Part shown: positions 62,916 to 64,000 of the stretch, in pieces | Numbering within the stretch: the first letter of the stretch is position 1 | Layout of the letters: every line of letters begins with the position of its first letter | From: Vitrella brassicaformis CCMP3155 | Taxonomy: Eukaryota > Protista > Chromerida | Direction: 5' to 3' | Assembly (NCBI GenBank): GCA_001179505.1 | Contig: CDMY01000326.1 | Span: 1-64,000, forward strand | DNA: 64,000 nucleotides | Notes under the pieces: model-generated | The model's database searches: none | What the model was told of the DNA's origin: nothing | What the model saw: the letters and a program-made list of their open reading frames with translations, nothing else | Program-made: the position numbers and the translations under genes

Positions 62916-64000
62916 ATGGAAAAGCTTGTAAAAAGCTCGCATCCTTCTTCCCTTGCTGCTGTCTTCCCTTGGGATGGCATTGGAGAGACAAGAAGAGTCG
63001 CCTACCATGGCAAATGGCGGCTGCCACGATTTGGAGCCGCTGCCATTCATCGGCGGCCATGCGTCGACAGAGACCTGCTCTACGCCGACAAGGCACTCGC
63101 CGCCATTGAGCAGTCAGCCAAACAGATGCGCAAGAAGCTGCGGCAGCAAGCCAAGACGATCAAGGACCTGATCACGAGCAATGGAGGACAGCCGGTAGTG
63201 ACAGGCTCGTTGAGTGAGGAGATTGAGGTCAATGTGGGCGGCGGGACGGTGCTGTGTGTGCCTCGCAAGCCGCTGCTGCTGCCCGGCGTGAGCGACTCGT
63301 TCGTCGCCTATCTGCTGCTGCACCATCTGGATGGGCTCCCCAAGGACACAGAGGGCCGGCCGTTCCTGGATGCTGACCCGATCTATATCGACTGGTTAGC
63401 CAGTAGACACACAGAGGGGAGGGAGGGCTCACGCGCAATGCTGTCTGTTGTGTTCCTTGTGTCAGGCTGTTTGACGAGATTGCCAACGTCGGTGCTGCTG
63501 ATGCCCAGGGCGAGACGAAGGAGATCGTCTTCGAGCCAGGACCCGACGACCCCTTCTACCATGACCTCTTCTTCGACAACAAGATCTCATCGCAGCAGCA
63601 GCAGCAGAAGGATGCGTCAGCTCACGATCTCGGAGAGAAGAAGGACGCTGCCGGTGGGGCCAAGAAGGCCGCTGCTGTCGATGACCCCCTGAGCGACCTG
63701 CACACAAATGTCAAGAACCTCGAGACGGCGGTGGATCGGCTGTGGTCGGCAGAGCTGGAGCTGACCAAGTTCCATGCTGTGATGGGACCGTTCCTCAAGT
63801 CGGGGGGCGGCGGGGCCGATGAGATCAAGAGCGTGCGCGTGATGGGCAAGAGGGTGTCGACCACCGAGGCCACCTTGGCCTTCATCGGGCGGGACAAACC
63901 GCTGGGCACGGCATTCGACAGGTGCGAAGAGCACACGCACGCGGCAAGGCACAAAACCCTCCCCTTCTCTCTGTTCCCTGTAGGAGTATGACGCTTTCGT
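62916..64000 (+). CDS. Tandem BTB/POZ protein, paralog of 7347-9472, running off the window end
   Basis: EIEVNVGGGTVLCVPRKPLLL...LPKDTEGRPFLDADPIYIDWL (BTB-1) and MGPFLKSGGGGADEIKSVRVMGKRVSTTEATL (BTB-2) align by eye with the 7347-9472 protein. Start codon uncertain. Confidence 0.8.

Overview
Intron-rich, GC-rich eukaryotic genomic DNA. The short introns full of (CT)n/(GT)n/(CA)n microsatellites, bipartite plastid leaders and flagellar genes suggest an alveolate alga such as the chromerid Vitrella (inference). From 5' to 3' the window holds: a decayed CRE-clade non-LTR retrotransposon; a plastid-type RimP-like gene; a tandem-BTB+TLDc gene; a long low-complexity gene; an intronless Cys-rich membrane protein; phosphoserine phosphatase; a cryptic, probably disabled secreted calcineurin-like metallophosphoesterase that only appears after manual splicing; a CAP/PR-1 fusion; a plastid-type GNAT; a small unknown gene; class II fumarase; a PLAC8 protein; a ~22 kb HYDIN gene; an ELMOD gene; a BTB/BACK-like gene; and the start of a second tandem-BTB gene. 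Four 300-N placeholder gaps sit next to C/G tracts. The most notable non-gene structure is six head-to-head gene pairs with very short spacers, several sharing a CGGCAGATCT 10-mer and/or a TGAGACGC motif, plus two perfect inverted repeats (19 bp and 12 bp arms). Gene models were spliced by eye, so exon limits and start codons are approximate.
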